IMG/VR virus record: IMGVR_UViG_3300027704_000023
Reading direction: 5' to 3' (one strand)
Source of the DNA: an uncultured virus (IMG/VR IMGVR_UViG_3300027704_000023)
Lineage: Duplodnaviria; Heunggongvirae; Uroviricota; Caudoviricetes; Crassvirales
Length of the DNA stretch: 64,000 nt
The position numbers and the translations under genes were made by a program. The notes beneath the pieces are model-generated. The model saw only the letters and a list, made by a program, of their open reading frames with translations. It was not told where the DNA came from and did not search any database. Positions 46,630-57,232 of the stretch are shown here, piece by piece. The first letter of the stretch is position 1, and every line of letters begins with the position of its first letter.

Positions 46630-47799
46630 ATGTACGATCAAAATGGAAATTACATTGGGCCGAGCAATATAGATTTTGGAAATAGTAATACTTACTCCAG
46701 TTCAAGCGGAAATACTTATAATGAGGGAGTGCTCACAGGCTACACTGGTCCTAACAACAGCGGTGGTAACAATAGATCTTTTAATGCAAGTGCTGAGGAT
46801 TGGAGTTCTATAGGCTCGGGATTATCTACTTTCAGTAGCGGATTGGCTGATTTCTTTACAGCTGGAGATCGAATAACAACGCAAGAAGGTTTTAGAGGGG
46901 AAGCTGAAAGAGATATAGATAAGTTCTATTCAGACGTTGAGGCGGGTAATTACGATGCTCGGATGAATCAGAAGATGTTTGATGCCTTCAGTGTAGGTAG
47001 ACGAGGCTTAGATATTAATCCTTCTTTATCAACACTAGCAACTTCATTAGACTCAGCTCAAAACGATCCTAGAACGATGGCGGCGGCTTTACCTGGGTTA
47101 AATACTTCAGCTACAAAAGGGTTGCAGGGATTACAACAACAAGAATTTCAAAACGAGCTTGGTTCAAGGATGACTGAAGGGCAAGCCTATCAAGGATTAG
47201 ATGCTGATAACTTAGCTTTCTCAAGAGGGATTTACGGGCAGAAACTACAAGGAGATCAAGCAGCATTCGGTCAAGCTCAACAAAATATAGCCTCTCTTGA
47301 AGCGGCTAAGGCTGCAGCACCCTACGAGATGATTAGTGGAGGTTTACAAACCGTAGCGGGAATTTACGGGGGGTTTGCAGAGGACGGGATGAAGATACCA
47401 GAATATCAAGAAGGAGGCGATGTAATGCAGCAAATACTAGCCTCTCAAGGACAAGAGTCTGGAGTACCACCAAGACAAAACCTTCCAGGAGAGGAAGACC
47501 ACGAGTCCAATCCTATAAGTATGGTGACTGAAAACGGAGAGGTAGTGGGAGAAGCTACTGGAGGGGAGATAATTCTTAACGGAGAACAAACAGAAAATAT
47601 AGAGACCGCAGTAGCAGAAGTAGACAAGAAGGTGCAATCTGGAGAAGAGCCCTCTATGGAGGCTCTTATGGCCCTCTACGAAGCTGTTAGTGGTGTTTTA
47701 TCTAAACCGCAATTCCAAGACGAACAGCAAGCTCCTGAGGTTGATTCAGCTAAAGAGAGAATGATGATGATGTTGGAGGGTGGCGAACAAATGGCATAA
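46630..47799 (+). CDS. Putative ejection or internal virion protein 1
   Basis: Gly/Ala/Gln-rich helical; EYQEGG tag; G..DHESNPI...EATGGEII domain. Confidence 0.6.
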   Translation: MYDQNGNYIGPSNIDFGNSNTYSSSSGNTYNEGVLTGYTGPNNSGGNNRSFNASAEDWSSIGSGLSTFSSGLADFFTAGDRITTQEGFRGEAERDIDKFYSDVEAGNYDARMNQKMFDAFSVGRRGLDINPSLSTLATSLDSAQNDPRTMAAALPGLNTSATKGLQGLQQQEFQNELGSRMTEGQAYQGLDADNLAFSRGIYGQKLQGDQAAFGQAQQNIASLEAAKAAAPYEMISGGLQTVAGIYGGFAEDGMKIPEYQEGGDVMQQILASQGQESGVPPRQNLPGEEDHESNPISMVTENGEVVGEATGGEIILNGEQTENIETAVAEVDKKVQSGEEPSMEALMALYEAVSGVLSKPQFQDEQQAPEVDSAKERMMMMLEGGEQMA

Positions 47800-49451
47800 T
47801 GGCTAATTACAATTACGTAGCACCTATACAGTACAAGAGTTATTCAGATATGAATAAAGAGCGCCTTGCTGCGAAAGCGGCTCAAGAGGCGGCTGGTCTT
47901 AAGCAAAAATCTGCAATCGATACACGTAAGCAGAAGTTTTACGATAAGATGACAGGGTATAAAACGGCTGGTTGGGCGGATTATCATAGAAATGAATATG
48001 ACACGCTGATTAAAAGCGCTCTTTCTGAGGTGTCTTTAAGCCCAAATCCTGATTACGGTGGTATGTCTGATGCTATTATGCGCATGCAAGAGATGGGAGA
48101 TAACCACGCAAGGTTAAGAGACGGGCAGACTGAATACAACTCCTATATGGGGGAGAACGCACCTAACTACGATGCTGATTTAGATTGGGGTATGAGTGCT
48201 ACTCACGATACATTAGGGTACGATAAAAGGCTTACGACGTTTAACACTTTAGGGTTGTTAAACTATAGTAACGGAAGGGGAGATTTCCCTAACCCAAGCT
48301 ACGACCCTTCAGCTGAAGAGGGCACATCGGGGAGTTTTAAATCTATGCGGGATTTACTTAATAGTAAAGGTGTAGATATACAGATGTCTAATGGACGGGA
48401 GGTTTACGCTGATGAAGACGGTCAATTAAAACCAATTAGCGGGAGCGCTTTTGATGTAGCTACGGAACAGTTCTCTGGGTTATGGAACCCTACCTTGAGC
48501 GCTATTGATAATATAACCGCTGAGGATGCCTTTTTTGGTTACTCCAACATACCAGGGGGAAAAGCTAAATTTGAAAATCACGCCAATACTTTAAATAATC
48601 AAGTGGGTGATAAGGAGGTTACTTATGAAGCTGCTAAAGAAAACTTAAAGGCGGATATATTAAACTACGTCGATCCTAATGGAGTGAGTCCAGATAAGTC
48701 TCTTATATCCTCTGCTATAACAGCTTACGAAAAGAAACACAACCAAACTTGGAATGATATTAAAGATAATGATGCCTTATTATTAACTTACGGGACTCCA
48801 TGGGAGTTTTTTGCTGATCAAATGGTAGCTGTAGCTAACCTTGATGACCCAGACAGCCCGTCAGGTGGAAGTATGAGCGAGTCTATGAGACAAAAATGGG
48901 CGGCTTTTTATAGTAAACCTTTAGACATCCCTAACACAAAGTTCACAAGAACGCCAGTAGGTACAGAAGGGTACAATTGGGAGAAAGCTTTAGAGTACTT
49001 TGAAGAAAAAGATGTAGATGTATCTGAAATAGTAGGGCGTATAGATGAAGTTGACGAGTTCGGAAATATTACAGGAACTAAAATAGGACTTAAAGAAGAT
49101 TTAGGGGAGGGTGTTAGAATAGGTATGGGGCAAGCAGATTTAAAGTATGATAATGTGCCTGTTCAATCAATAGAAATATTTGATGAAAAGAATATAGTTG
49201 TAGTATATGCTAGTGAATACATTCTAGGTAATATTGGTGTACCTGCAGGAGAAGAAGGTGACCCATGGAGATATAATCCATTATTCGGGGGAAGAGTAGG
49301 TGTTGCTCCTTACAGGATAATAAACCTAACAAATCCAGATGGTAGCGAGCATGACGATATGGAAACTCTAAGGAACCAATTTCGAAGAACTTACGGAGGA
49401 ATCGACCCTCTTCAACAAAAAATTATAGAAGCAGAACAAGCTAGAGAGTAA
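47799..49451 (+). CDS. Putative ejection or internal virion protein 2
   Basis: Position in a triad after the tail genes; TAATG coupling. Confidence 0.55.
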   Translation: MANYNYVAPIQYKSYSDMNKERLAAKAAQEAAGLKQKSAIDTRKQKFYDKMTGYKTAGWADYHRNEYDTLIKSALSEVSLSPNPDYGGMSDAIMRMQEMGDNHARLRDGQTEYNSYMGENAPNYDADLDWGMSATHDTLGYDKRLTTFNTLGLLNYSNGRGDFPNPSYDPSAEEGTSGSFKSMRDLLNSKGVDIQMSNGREVYADEDGQLKPISGSAFDVATEQFSGLWNPTLSAIDNITAEDAFFGYSNIPGGKAKFENHANTLNNQVGDKEVTYEAAKENLKADILNYVDPNGVSPDKSLISSAITAYEKKHNQTWNDIKDNDALLLTYGTPWEFFADQMVAVANLDDPDSPSGGSMSESMRQKWAAFYSKPLDIPNTKFTRTPVGTEGYNWEKALEYFEEKDVDVSEIVGRIDEVDEFGNITGTKIGLKEDLGEGVRIGMGQADLKYDNVPVQSIEIFDEKNIVVVYASEYILGNIGVPAGEEGDPWRYNPLFGGRVGVAPYRIINLTNPDGSEHDDMETLRNQFRRTYGGIDPLQQKIIEAEQARE

Positions 49452-52400
49452 TGCCACATATAGAAGAACACATAGAAGAACCACAGGTTCAAGGAGATCC
49501 ACAAGGATTAGACTATCAAGCTATATATCAGAAGTACTACGATAAAGGCTTTGATATAGAGAAAGCTACTAGGAAGATGCGTGTATTGTACGGTGCTAAG
49601 CAGCCTGAACTTGATGCGTTAAATACTTTCTATGAGAGTAAAAAAAAAAGTCAAGACGGTACTACAGCATCGGACTCCAGTTCGGAAGCGGTTTCTACGG
49701 TATCTACCTCAGGTACAGCTACTTCGACAGGGCAAGAGAATGGAGATACGGATTCTACTTTAGCCGCTCCTGAACCTTTATCCCCTGAATTATACGATAG
49801 TATAAACCCTACTCCTTTACCAAGGACACTAGTGCATTTAGAGCAGGCTGAAATAATAGGTAGAGGGAGACCAGAGAACTGGAAAGATATATATAGAAGT
49901 CAGTTTGGGGAGGGGGAAATTTATCAGCTAAAAACAGATAAGATATTCTCTGAGCAGAGAGATCAAAGTCTTATGGCTTCTTTGAATGCTATCGAGGCGG
50001 ATTCTTTCAATAGGTGGTACAATAAAAAATTAGAGAACGGTAGGACTAAAACATTAGTTGATCAGTATTTAAACTTAGATACAGAAAAAGCTAAAGATCT
50101 TAAGAGAAGGCTTTCAAACGATCTCGTTAATAAATATAGCATAAAAGGCGACATCATGGATATGCTTGCTTCTCTAGAGGATGCTCCTGAGGGTCAGCTA
50201 ACTCACCCAGGGTTTGTAAGGAAGTACCAGCTTGGAGTAGACGAAACATCAAAAAAGTCCTTAAAAAAAATAGAGAACGACTTCGGGAATTTCTATAGAG
50301 ATATGGTAAAGGCTTCTTTACCTTATAGTGTTCAGAAGAGCGAGAGTCAACTCAAAGACTTAGAGTATTACTTTAAGTACGGTAATGGAGATCTGTTTGA
50401 TTTTACTGAAGATGGAGAGATAGGTAATCAAACGTGGTGGAGCCAGAATCAACTTAGTGCTGAGGTAGCTGGGATGACCTTAGTTAATAAAGTAGTCTTC
50501 TTGGGGAGTAGAGTCGGTGGGTGGATGGCAGATTTAGTGGATTCAGATAAGAATGTTAACCGTATGTCTGGTGTTATGGGGGATGCTGTAAGAAGCGCTG
50601 CAGACACTAACATAGAAAAAAGAGAAAAGTCTTTAGAGGAGATTAGAGGGAGGATGAATACTTTTGAAGAGGGAATATCTAAAAGTTACGGGGAGTTTTT
50701 TACAACAGGAAATCTTACGTCTTTAAACAACGCTCTAGAACAGTCTTGGTATATGACTGTAGAGGCCGCGCCTCAAATAGGTTTGGCTGTAGCGGCTGGG
50801 GCTATGGGGATGGGACCAACAGGTATTGCTTTACTCTTAACTGCTGACGGGACAGCGCAGGAAGCTATGATGATAAGGAATGACATATCCTTTGATGACT
50901 TCGTAAAACCAGAAAGCGTACCCAAGATTGAAAAGATTAAAGAGAAGATTGATAGGATCTTAAAAATAAGAGAAGGAGAGATTGATCTTCCTTTTGCTTC
51001 AGGGGATATAGAGGGTGACATGAAGACTAGAGAGAACTATCAAGCGAAGGAATTACAAACGTTAAGGGAATTTCTTAGAAAAGAAATCAGAGAATCTAAG
51101 CTGAGTTACGATGAAGCTATATCTACTATAGAGATTTCCGAAGGTGACACTCAAGAAGATGTAGAGAATAAGCTTAAAGCAAAGTACAATATAGAACTCA
51201 ACAATTCTAATAGAACGATGTACTTAAGTAGTACGGCTGCTGTAGATTTTGCTGCGGATAGAATTATGTTCGGGATATTTAGACGAGCGTTTAGAGGTGC
51301 TGACTTTGGACAGGATGCCACTATAAAAACCTACGCTAAAAACATCCTTAGAGGATCAGGCATAGCATTACCAGAATCTGCTATACCTACATTTCTTAGT
51401 GTGTTAAACAGAGAGTACCAAAAGTCTGAATATACTGACTCGGATTTCGATTCACAACAAGCTTTTGAAGCATCGTTAGATGCAACGTTAGGAACTATTC
51501 TTTTAGGGCCAGGTATGCACACTGCAGGTAGTTCATTAGCTTATACAAAACATCTAGGGAGGTCTAGAATTGGACCAGATGGTACGAATGTTTATCACCG
51601 TAGAATAATTGATGAGTTAAATAAAAAGGCTTCAGATCCTGATATTAATTCTAAAGACCGAGAGCAGGCTATAAAACTTGCAGCGAAGTTTAAGAAGGAC
51701 GGGGTGTTAATCTTTGAGAAGAACACAGCTCTATATGATTATATAGGTAAGAAAGATCCAGCTTCGTTAGACGAGATAGCTAATCTTCACCTTCAAGCTG
51801 AAAGCCTTCTTAGAAGCTTAAAGGGGGTAGAGGACCCTAACATTAAAATCCTAATGAGAGATGAACTTGCTAGTATAATAAGCAGAAAATCCAAAATAGA
51901 AGCAGAGTTTAAAGAAGGCTTTGAGGCTCAGTACGACCATAGCTATGTACGTCAGAAGTTTGAGGATGGAAAAAAAGGGATAGTGGAAGTTAAACCTGAC
52001 GAACCTACAGTTAAAGCTGACGAACCAGATGCCGATCCATTAGTTAAACCTGATGATAGTGAGCCGTTATCTAAGTCTAAAGAGCCTCAAGAAGGCGATG
52101 CACGAATGGGTGACGATACAGAGGGTGTTGTAGCAGAAGAAAGAAAGTTATCAGATATTAAAGGTGGTAGAGTAAGACAGTTTCTTAGAGACACCTTCAG
52201 AAGCGATTCTGGGATAGGAGGAAATAGAGGTTTAAAGTTCTGGAGAAGAAGATCAGGGGCAAGAGAAAAAGTTGCTGAGACTATTCGTGGTAGAGAAAGA
52301 GAGATGAGGGTCATGACTAATCAATTAGGTTTAGACCTTGGGGTTTTAGACGCTTTGTATAAAAACTCTGAGTTTGATGTGAATACAGATAGCAAGGGGA

Positions 52401-55036
52401 ATAGGAGAAAAGTAGGTAAGAATGAGTACGATAGGCGTAAAGCAGAGTTAAACAAATACATGAATGGGGAGGAGGCTCGTATAGCGTTTTTAAGCGATGA
52501 AGGGAAGGCTAAGTTGGATTTCCTAAGGGCTAAGGTAGATGGCCTGTCTGGAGAGATGATAAGGCTCTTAGAAGAGAACCCTACAGATAAAAACAAAGCC
52601 TTAGTAGAGACTATTAGAAATAATCAAGGGCAGTACCTTAAAAGAAGTTATGAAGCCTTTACTGATAACGGAACTTGGATAAAGGATTTTAATAAAAAGA
52701 AGCTTTCTAAAACAAAGCAAAAATTGTACGATGATGCGGTGCAGTTTGTTATGGACAGCAAAGGTGTAGACCGCCAAAAAGCTAAAGTAGAGGTAAAATC
52801 GTATCTTCAAGATCTATACAGTAAGCTAAACGATAAAAGTTTTATCGCGGGTTCTGGTTTGATTGGGGCTTTAGATTCTAAAGTCTTAAGCGGTAGAAAA
52901 GATATACCTGAGCCTTTTAGAAAACTATTAGGGGAGGTCGATAATGTTAGTTTTAACTACGTAAATACAGTGCACAGATTAGCGGGGTATGTAGCAGACC
53001 TTTCTTTTCAGAAAATTTTAAGGTCAGACCTTATTGAAGCAGGGTTAGCTATAGAAGGTAAAGGGAAAGAGGGTGTACCTTTTCTTACTGGATCGAAATT
53101 TAGCGGTTTAGATGGGTTATTTGTAGACCCAGCTTTTCAAGCTATGTATGAAGGTATGATGCCTTTAACGTCAAACCCTAGTAAATTCTGGAGGATTATG
53201 ACAGGAATTCAAGGTGTAGTAAAAATTGGTAAGACGGTATACTCTCCTACTACGACTTCTAGAAACCTTTTAAGTGGGGTGTTTTTGGGTTTCAACTCAG
53301 GTCATTTCTTTGGGACTAATCCCGACATGATAAATCAAGCATCAAAAATAGCTTGGGGTGTGGAAGAAGGAATAGATATTAATCCCATGACTAGAGAAAG
53401 AGATAAACTTATGAGATATGGCATCATAGGTGATGGAGCTAGATCAGGGGAAATTATGAGCTTGATGCGCGACTTTACTGACGCTACAGAAGCGCAAAGA
53501 ATAGCAAAAAAATCTGGGGGAAGTAAATTTAGAAAAGCCGTTAGAAATACCAATGAGGCTTCTCAAAAATTATATGCTTACGGTGATGACTTTTACAAAA
53601 CAGCTGGATTTTACATAGAGACTCAGAGATTTATAGATAGCGGGATGGATAGAGCTGTAGCAGAGAAAAGAGCTGCAGAAAGGATTCGTGGAGGTTACCC
53701 AACATATTCCTATATACCTAAAAATATAAAATGGTTAAGACGATTTCCTCTTACGGGTATGTTTGTCTCTTTCCCTTACGAAGTATACAGAACTACCGCA
53801 AACAACATGAGGTATGCAGCGCAAGATTTAGCTGAAGGGCGTACTACAATGGGGATGAAAAGGATGCTAGGGATGACAACGGCGTCAGCTTTTGGATTCG
53901 GTATGTTTAGTGCTACAAAAGATTTATTTGACTATACTGAAGAGGAACTTGATGCAATAAGGATTTTAGGGCCAGATTACCAAGCTAATTCACAACCTAT
54001 TTTTTTACCTAGGGGAGAGGCAAACGAGATAAAATTTATAGACGCTCAAGCGATACTACCAAATGAGGCTATATGGAAACCTATAAGATCTTTAATATTA
54101 CAAGGAGACCCTAAGGATGAAGGGTACCTGGACGGTATAGAATCAGCTATATTCGAGGTCCTTTCTCCAGCTATATCTAAAGACGCTACAGCTAAATTAA
54201 TTCATGAGTTAATGACTAATAGAAGAGAAGGTAGCGATCAGCCTATATATTATTGGGATCAAGATTTAAACCCTTTAGAGAACGCTTTAAATAACATACC
54301 TGATTTAGGTAGACAGATATTAAAAGGTGTAGGTCCAGGAGCTTATAATAACTTAGAGGAGTTTTTTAGAGCTAACGATATTGCGCCTGAGGTGTTCGGG
54401 GAGAAGTCTACAGTATATAAAGAGACTAAAATGAATGAGTGGATACTTGGATTATTCGGTTTCCGTGTAAACACGTTTGATATGAGAGCGGGGATATTAC
54501 CTAAGATATACGAGGATAGCGAGGATCTTAAGGATTTCACTAACTTCAACTTAAGTAACAAAGACATAAGGTTACTATCTGATAAACCTATAGAGTATTT
54601 AAAAAAGAAAGCTGATCGATACGTAAATAAACAAATACAAGTAGCGAAAAGGGTTCAACTTTACCCTAGCGTAGCTATAGAGGCTGGGCTTGATCAAGGT
54701 GAATTAATAAAAACGTTAGTAAATAGCGGTCTCTCAAAAAAGAACGCAGGTATACTCATAGCTAACGCTATAGAAGGTACAAACTTACCTCAGAACCCGA
54801 AGTACATAACTCTTAGTCGTATAAAAAGTGTATTAACATCTGTGGAAAACGCTCACAGGGGGACCAAAGCAGAGTTAAAAGAAAAAACAGACGCAGTTAT
54901 GGAGGCTATGTTCTTATCTAACGTAATGATTATAGAGAAATGGTCTGAGCAATTCGAGGACTACGACATAAAAAATGACGAAGAGGAAGACAATCAAGAT
55001 TTCCGTGGACAGTATTTAAACGAAAACAAACCATGA
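49451..55036 (+). CDS. Large ejection or internal virion protein 3 (1861 aa)
   Basis: Size, position, hydrophobic segments, YLKRSY and P.T..RN..S motifs; no RNA polymerase catalytic motif seen. Confidence 0.65.
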   Translation: MPHIEEHIEEPQVQGDPQGLDYQAIYQKYYDKGFDIEKATRKMRVLYGAKQPELDALNTFYESKKKSQDGTTASDSSSEAVSTVSTSGTATSTGQENGDTDSTLAAPEPLSPELYDSINPTPLPRTLVHLEQAEIIGRGRPENWKDIYRSQFGEGEIYQLKTDKIFSEQRDQSLMASLNAIEADSFNRWYNKKLENGRTKTLVDQYLNLDTEKAKDLKRRLSNDLVNKYSIKGDIMDMLASLEDAPEGQLTHPGFVRKYQLGVDETSKKSLKKIENDFGNFYRDMVKASLPYSVQKSESQLKDLEYYFKYGNGDLFDFTEDGEIGNQTWWSQNQLSAEVAGMTLVNKVVFLGSRVGGWMADLVDSDKNVNRMSGVMGDAVRSAADTNIEKREKSLEEIRGRMNTFEEGISKSYGEFFTTGNLTSLNNALEQSWYMTVEAAPQIGLAVAAGAMGMGPTGIALLLTADGTAQEAMMIRNDISFDDFVKPESVPKIEKIKEKIDRILKIREGEIDLPFASGDIEGDMKTRENYQAKELQTLREFLRKEIRESKLSYDEAISTIEISEGDTQEDVENKLKAKYNIELNNSNRTMYLSSTAAVDFAADRIMFGIFRRAFRGADFGQDATIKTYAKNILRGSGIALPESAIPTFLSVLNREYQKSEYTDSDFDSQQAFEASLDATLGTILLGPGMHTAGSSLAYTKHLGRSRIGPDGTNVYHRRIIDELNKKASDPDINSKDREQAIKLAAKFKKDGVLIFEKNTALYDYIGKKDPASLDEIANLHLQAESLLRSLKGVEDPNIKILMRDELASIISRKSKIEAEFKEGFEAQYDHSYVRQKFEDGKKGIVEVKPDEPTVKADEPDADPLVKPDDSEPLSKSKEPQEGDARMGDDTEGVVAEERKLSDIKGGRVRQFLRDTFRSDSGIGGNRGLKFWRRRSGAREKVAETIRGREREMRVMTNQLGLDLGVLDALYKNSEFDVNTDSKGNRRKVGKNEYDRRKAELNKYMNGEEARIAFLSDEGKAKLDFLRAKVDGLSGEMIRLLEENPTDKNKALVETIRNNQGQYLKRSYEAFTDNGTWIKDFNKKKLSKTKQKLYDDAVQFVMDSKGVDRQKAKVEVKSYLQDLYSKLNDKSFIAGSGLIGALDSKVLSGRKDIPEPFRKLLGEVDNVSFNYVNTVHRLAGYVADLSFQKILRSDLIEAGLAIEGKGKEGVPFLTGSKFSGLDGLFVDPAFQAMYEGMMPLTSNPSKFWRIMTGIQGVVKIGKTVYSPTTTSRNLLSGVFLGFNSGHFFGTNPDMINQASKIAWGVEEGIDINPMTRERDKLMRYGIIGDGARSGEIMSLMRDFTDATEAQRIAKKSGGSKFRKAVRNTNEASQKLYAYGDDFYKTAGFYIETQRFIDSGMDRAVAEKRAAERIRGGYPTYSYIPKNIKWLRRFPLTGMFVSFPYEVYRTTANNMRYAAQDLAEGRTTMGMKRMLGMTTASAFGFGMFSATKDLFDYTEEELDAIRILGPDYQANSQPIFLPRGEANEIKFIDAQAILPNEAIWKPIRSLILQGDPKDEGYLDGIESAIFEVLSPAISKDATAKLIHELMTNRREGSDQPIYYWDQDLNPLENALNNIPDLGRQILKGVGPGAYNNLEEFFRANDIAPEVFGEKSTVYKETKMNEWILGLFGFRVNTFDMRAGILPKIYEDSEDLKDFTNFNLSNKDIRLLSDKPIEYLKKKADRYVNKQIQVAKRVQLYPSVAIEAGLDQGELIKTLVNSGLSKKNAGILIANAIEGTNLPQNPKYITLSRIKSVLTSVENAHRGTKAELKEKTDAVMEAMFLSNVMIIEKWSEQFEDYDIKNDEEEDNQDFRGQYLNENKP

Positions 55037-55473
55037 GCGAAAAGAAGAAAATTAAAGACACTAAGCTAGGCGCTTGGTTGTCAGAGAAAGCCCCAAGTAT
55101 ACTCGGTGTAGTAGGAGACCTTTTACCAGATAGCGGGGCGTTAGGTGTGGTTAAAAACCTTATAGATAAGGATGATAGCGTTGACTCTGAAGAGGCTCAG
55201 CGTATGATAGATGCCGAAGTGCGCTTTCAAGAGAACGTTACAGAACGTTGGAAAGCAGATATGGGCAGTGATGTAAAGCTTGCTAAGCTTATACGACCAC
55301 TAACCCTTATTGTTCTGATGTCTATGTTTATGGTAACTATGGTGGCTGACTCTATAGATAGCCTTCCGTTTACCGTAAAGGACTCCTATGTAGACCTGTT
55401 ACAGATACTTATGATGACTGCCTTTGGAGCTTACTTCGCAGGTAGAACTATAGAGAAGGCTAAAAACAAATAA
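55033..55473 (+). CDS. Putative holin (3TM-holin-like)
   Basis: RWKADM...LIRPL, two TM segments, GAYFAGRTIEK. Confidence 0.75.
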   Translation: MSEKKKIKDTKLGAWLSEKAPSILGVVGDLLPDSGALGVVKNLIDKDDSVDSEEAQRMIDAEVRFQENVTERWKADMGSDVKLAKLIRPLTLIVLMSMFMVTMVADSIDSLPFTVKDSYVDLLQILMMTAFGAYFAGRTIEKAKNK

Positions 55474-56032
55474 TCTCTTCAGAGTATACTCCGTTAAAAA
55501 GAATGTTAATCTTCTTCTCTATTAAATCTTCAGTACCTCTTTTTGTACGTAAATCTATAATATCGTAGATATCTTTCCGACGGTAATCCCATTTATTAAT
55601 ATCTTTTTTAATATTTTTTATATCTAATTGTAGATCTTTGTTTTTTACATTAAGGTTGAATATATCCTCTTTCAACATCCTTATAGTTTCTTTTAAAAAA
55701 GTTGTTTCAGCTGTATCAATCTCAATACCTTGAATCCTATTTTTTTCTAAGTCGTAAAGCTTTAAACAATCATCGTATCTTTCAGAAAAGGAAGAGTCTG
55801 AAGCCAATAGACCTTTAATAGATCTTACAGCGTAAAGTACAGTAGCGTGATCTTTATTTAAAAAAGCACCTATACTAGTACTTGAGTTGGACTCATTACT
55901 TAATATAGAGCAGAATACTCTTCTGGCATCAACGTTTACTCTTGATCGTCCTTCGAAATGTATTTCAGCCTTGAAGGCCTTGTTTACAATTTCCTTTAAC
56001 GCTTCAGCATGTTCTAATTTTAATTCACTCAT
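55460..56032 (-). CDS. DnaA domain IV-like HTH protein with coiled coil
   Basis: R....VDARR...IGAFLNKDHATVLYA. Confidence 0.75.
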   Translation of the reverse strand: MSELKLEHAEALKEIVNKAFKAEIHFEGRSRVNVDARRVFCSILSNESNSSTSIGAFLNKDHATVLYAVRSIKGLLASDSSFSERYDDCLKLYDLEKNRIQGIEIDTAETTFLKETIRMLKEDIFNLNVKNKDLQLDIKNIKKDINKWDYRRKDIYDIIDLRTKRGTEDLIEKKINILFNGVYSEEIICF

Positions 56033-56556
56033 TATATTAAATTTATGTTACCCTCTGGAGATATATATTCCTTTGAGTAAGGTATTACATTATAACTATT
56101 TAACTCTCTAAGGTCCTTCAAAACTAACCTCGTAATCTTATCTAAACGACCTTTACGTTGGTATATCTTACGATAAGCCTTTGATTTTTGAATCACTTGA
56201 TCTGGAGACACGTTTTTAAAACACCACGAAAGCAATTCTTCTCTTTCAACTCTTATAAAACCTCCCACTTCACACATTTCAAAAGCAATCCATTTAGCAG
56301 ATCCTTTAGTCCAACCAGGCTTGCCTTGCACGTTAGCAAACTCTACCCATATCTCATCAGGTAAGTTGTTTCCTTTTACATCTACACCGTCTTTTCCATG
56401 CCAGAAGTCTACATGAAGGTTTATATCTTCATACTTAGTAGAAACATGAGCGTCAGGACAAGCTCTCTTGTACCTAGTGGCGCTTATATTTCCGTCTCTC
56501 CAAGACTGCTTGTATCTTGCCTTACTTACAACATTAGAATGGGTTGTCGTTTTCAT
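56032..56556 (-). CDS. PD-(D/E)xK-like nuclease
   Basis: HVDFW...VDVKG...IWVEF...GKPGW. Confidence 0.6.
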   Translation of the reverse strand: MKTTTHSNVVSKARYKQSWRDGNISATRYKRACPDAHVSTKYEDINLHVDFWHGKDGVDVKGNNLPDEIWVEFANVQGKPGWTKGSAKWIAFEMCEVGGFIRVEREELLSWCFKNVSPDQVIQKSKAYRKIYQRKGRLDKITRLVLKDLRELNSYNVIPYSKEYISPEGNINLI

Positions 56557-56755
56557 GTTCTTTGCATATTTCTCTTACTAGGTCTATCTCTATATTTACC
56601 CAGTCTCGAAAGGATTTAATTTGAATTAACACATCTTCAAGTTCAGTCAAAGCATCCCCATCATCTTCATGTAGAGACTCATATAACATATCTGCTGCGT
56701 TATGAATCCTTTCACAAGCTTTAAAATATGTTTCGCTAACGGTACTATTGTTCAT
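56534..56755 (-). CDS. Hypothetical protein (73 aa)
   Basis: ORF in operon context. Confidence 0.7.
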   Translation of the reverse strand: MNNSTVSETYFKACERIHNAADMLYESLHEDDGDALTELEDVLIQIKSFRDWVNIEIDLVREICKEHENDNPF

Positions 56756-57191
56756 TTTCCATGGATTTTTTTATCTCTAAGATGCATTGATCTACTTGAG
56801 CTTTATTTTTAGCCAAATATACATCATAACCTAGATTATTATCCATAATATGCTTTAAAAATATCTTCCACCTCATAGGAAAATCATGATGAGAAGGTAA
56901 ATAACCTTTTGTTTCAATAATCCATTTGGAATCCTTTCCTACAAAGTCAGGTGTATACCTAATAGGCTGTTGAACACTATTAGTCCTATCAGTCATAACC
57001 TTTTTTTTTGCGGTCATCTTAAAGTACTTATGTTCAAATCTAAAGGACTCCATTAAAACGAACTGCTGATCTTCATAAGAGAAAGCTATCCCAGCTTCAT
57101 GTAACTTATCAGAACAATACTTCTCTATCGCACTAGCAAACTTCCCTAGCGATTTTTTTTTAGGTTTAGTTTTTCTTTTGTTTCTTTTCAT
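56745..57191 (-). CDS. T7 endonuclease I-like resolvase
   Basis: FASAIE...YTPDF...IIETKG. Confidence 0.8.
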   Translation of the reverse strand: MKRNKRKTKPKKKSLGKFASAIEKYCSDKLHEAGIAFSYEDQQFVLMESFRFEHKYFKMTAKKKVMTDRTNSVQQPIRYTPDFVGKDSKWIIETKGYLPSHHDFPMRWKIFLKHIMDNNLGYDVYLAKNKAQVDQCILEIKKSMENEQ

Positions 57192-57232
57192 GAGAGTTCG
57201 AAGTTACACTCCAGGTATCTACGCTTCCTAAT

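Noticed and set aside
51290..51460. DFGQD / DSDFD in the 1861-aa protein as an RNA polymerase active site
   Set aside because: Lacks the DFDxD motif and its conserved context
6786..55473. Stop-codon reassignment as in some crAss-like phages
   Set aside because: The standard code gives long, densely packed ORFs, and TAA, TAG and TGA all appear as apparent real stops
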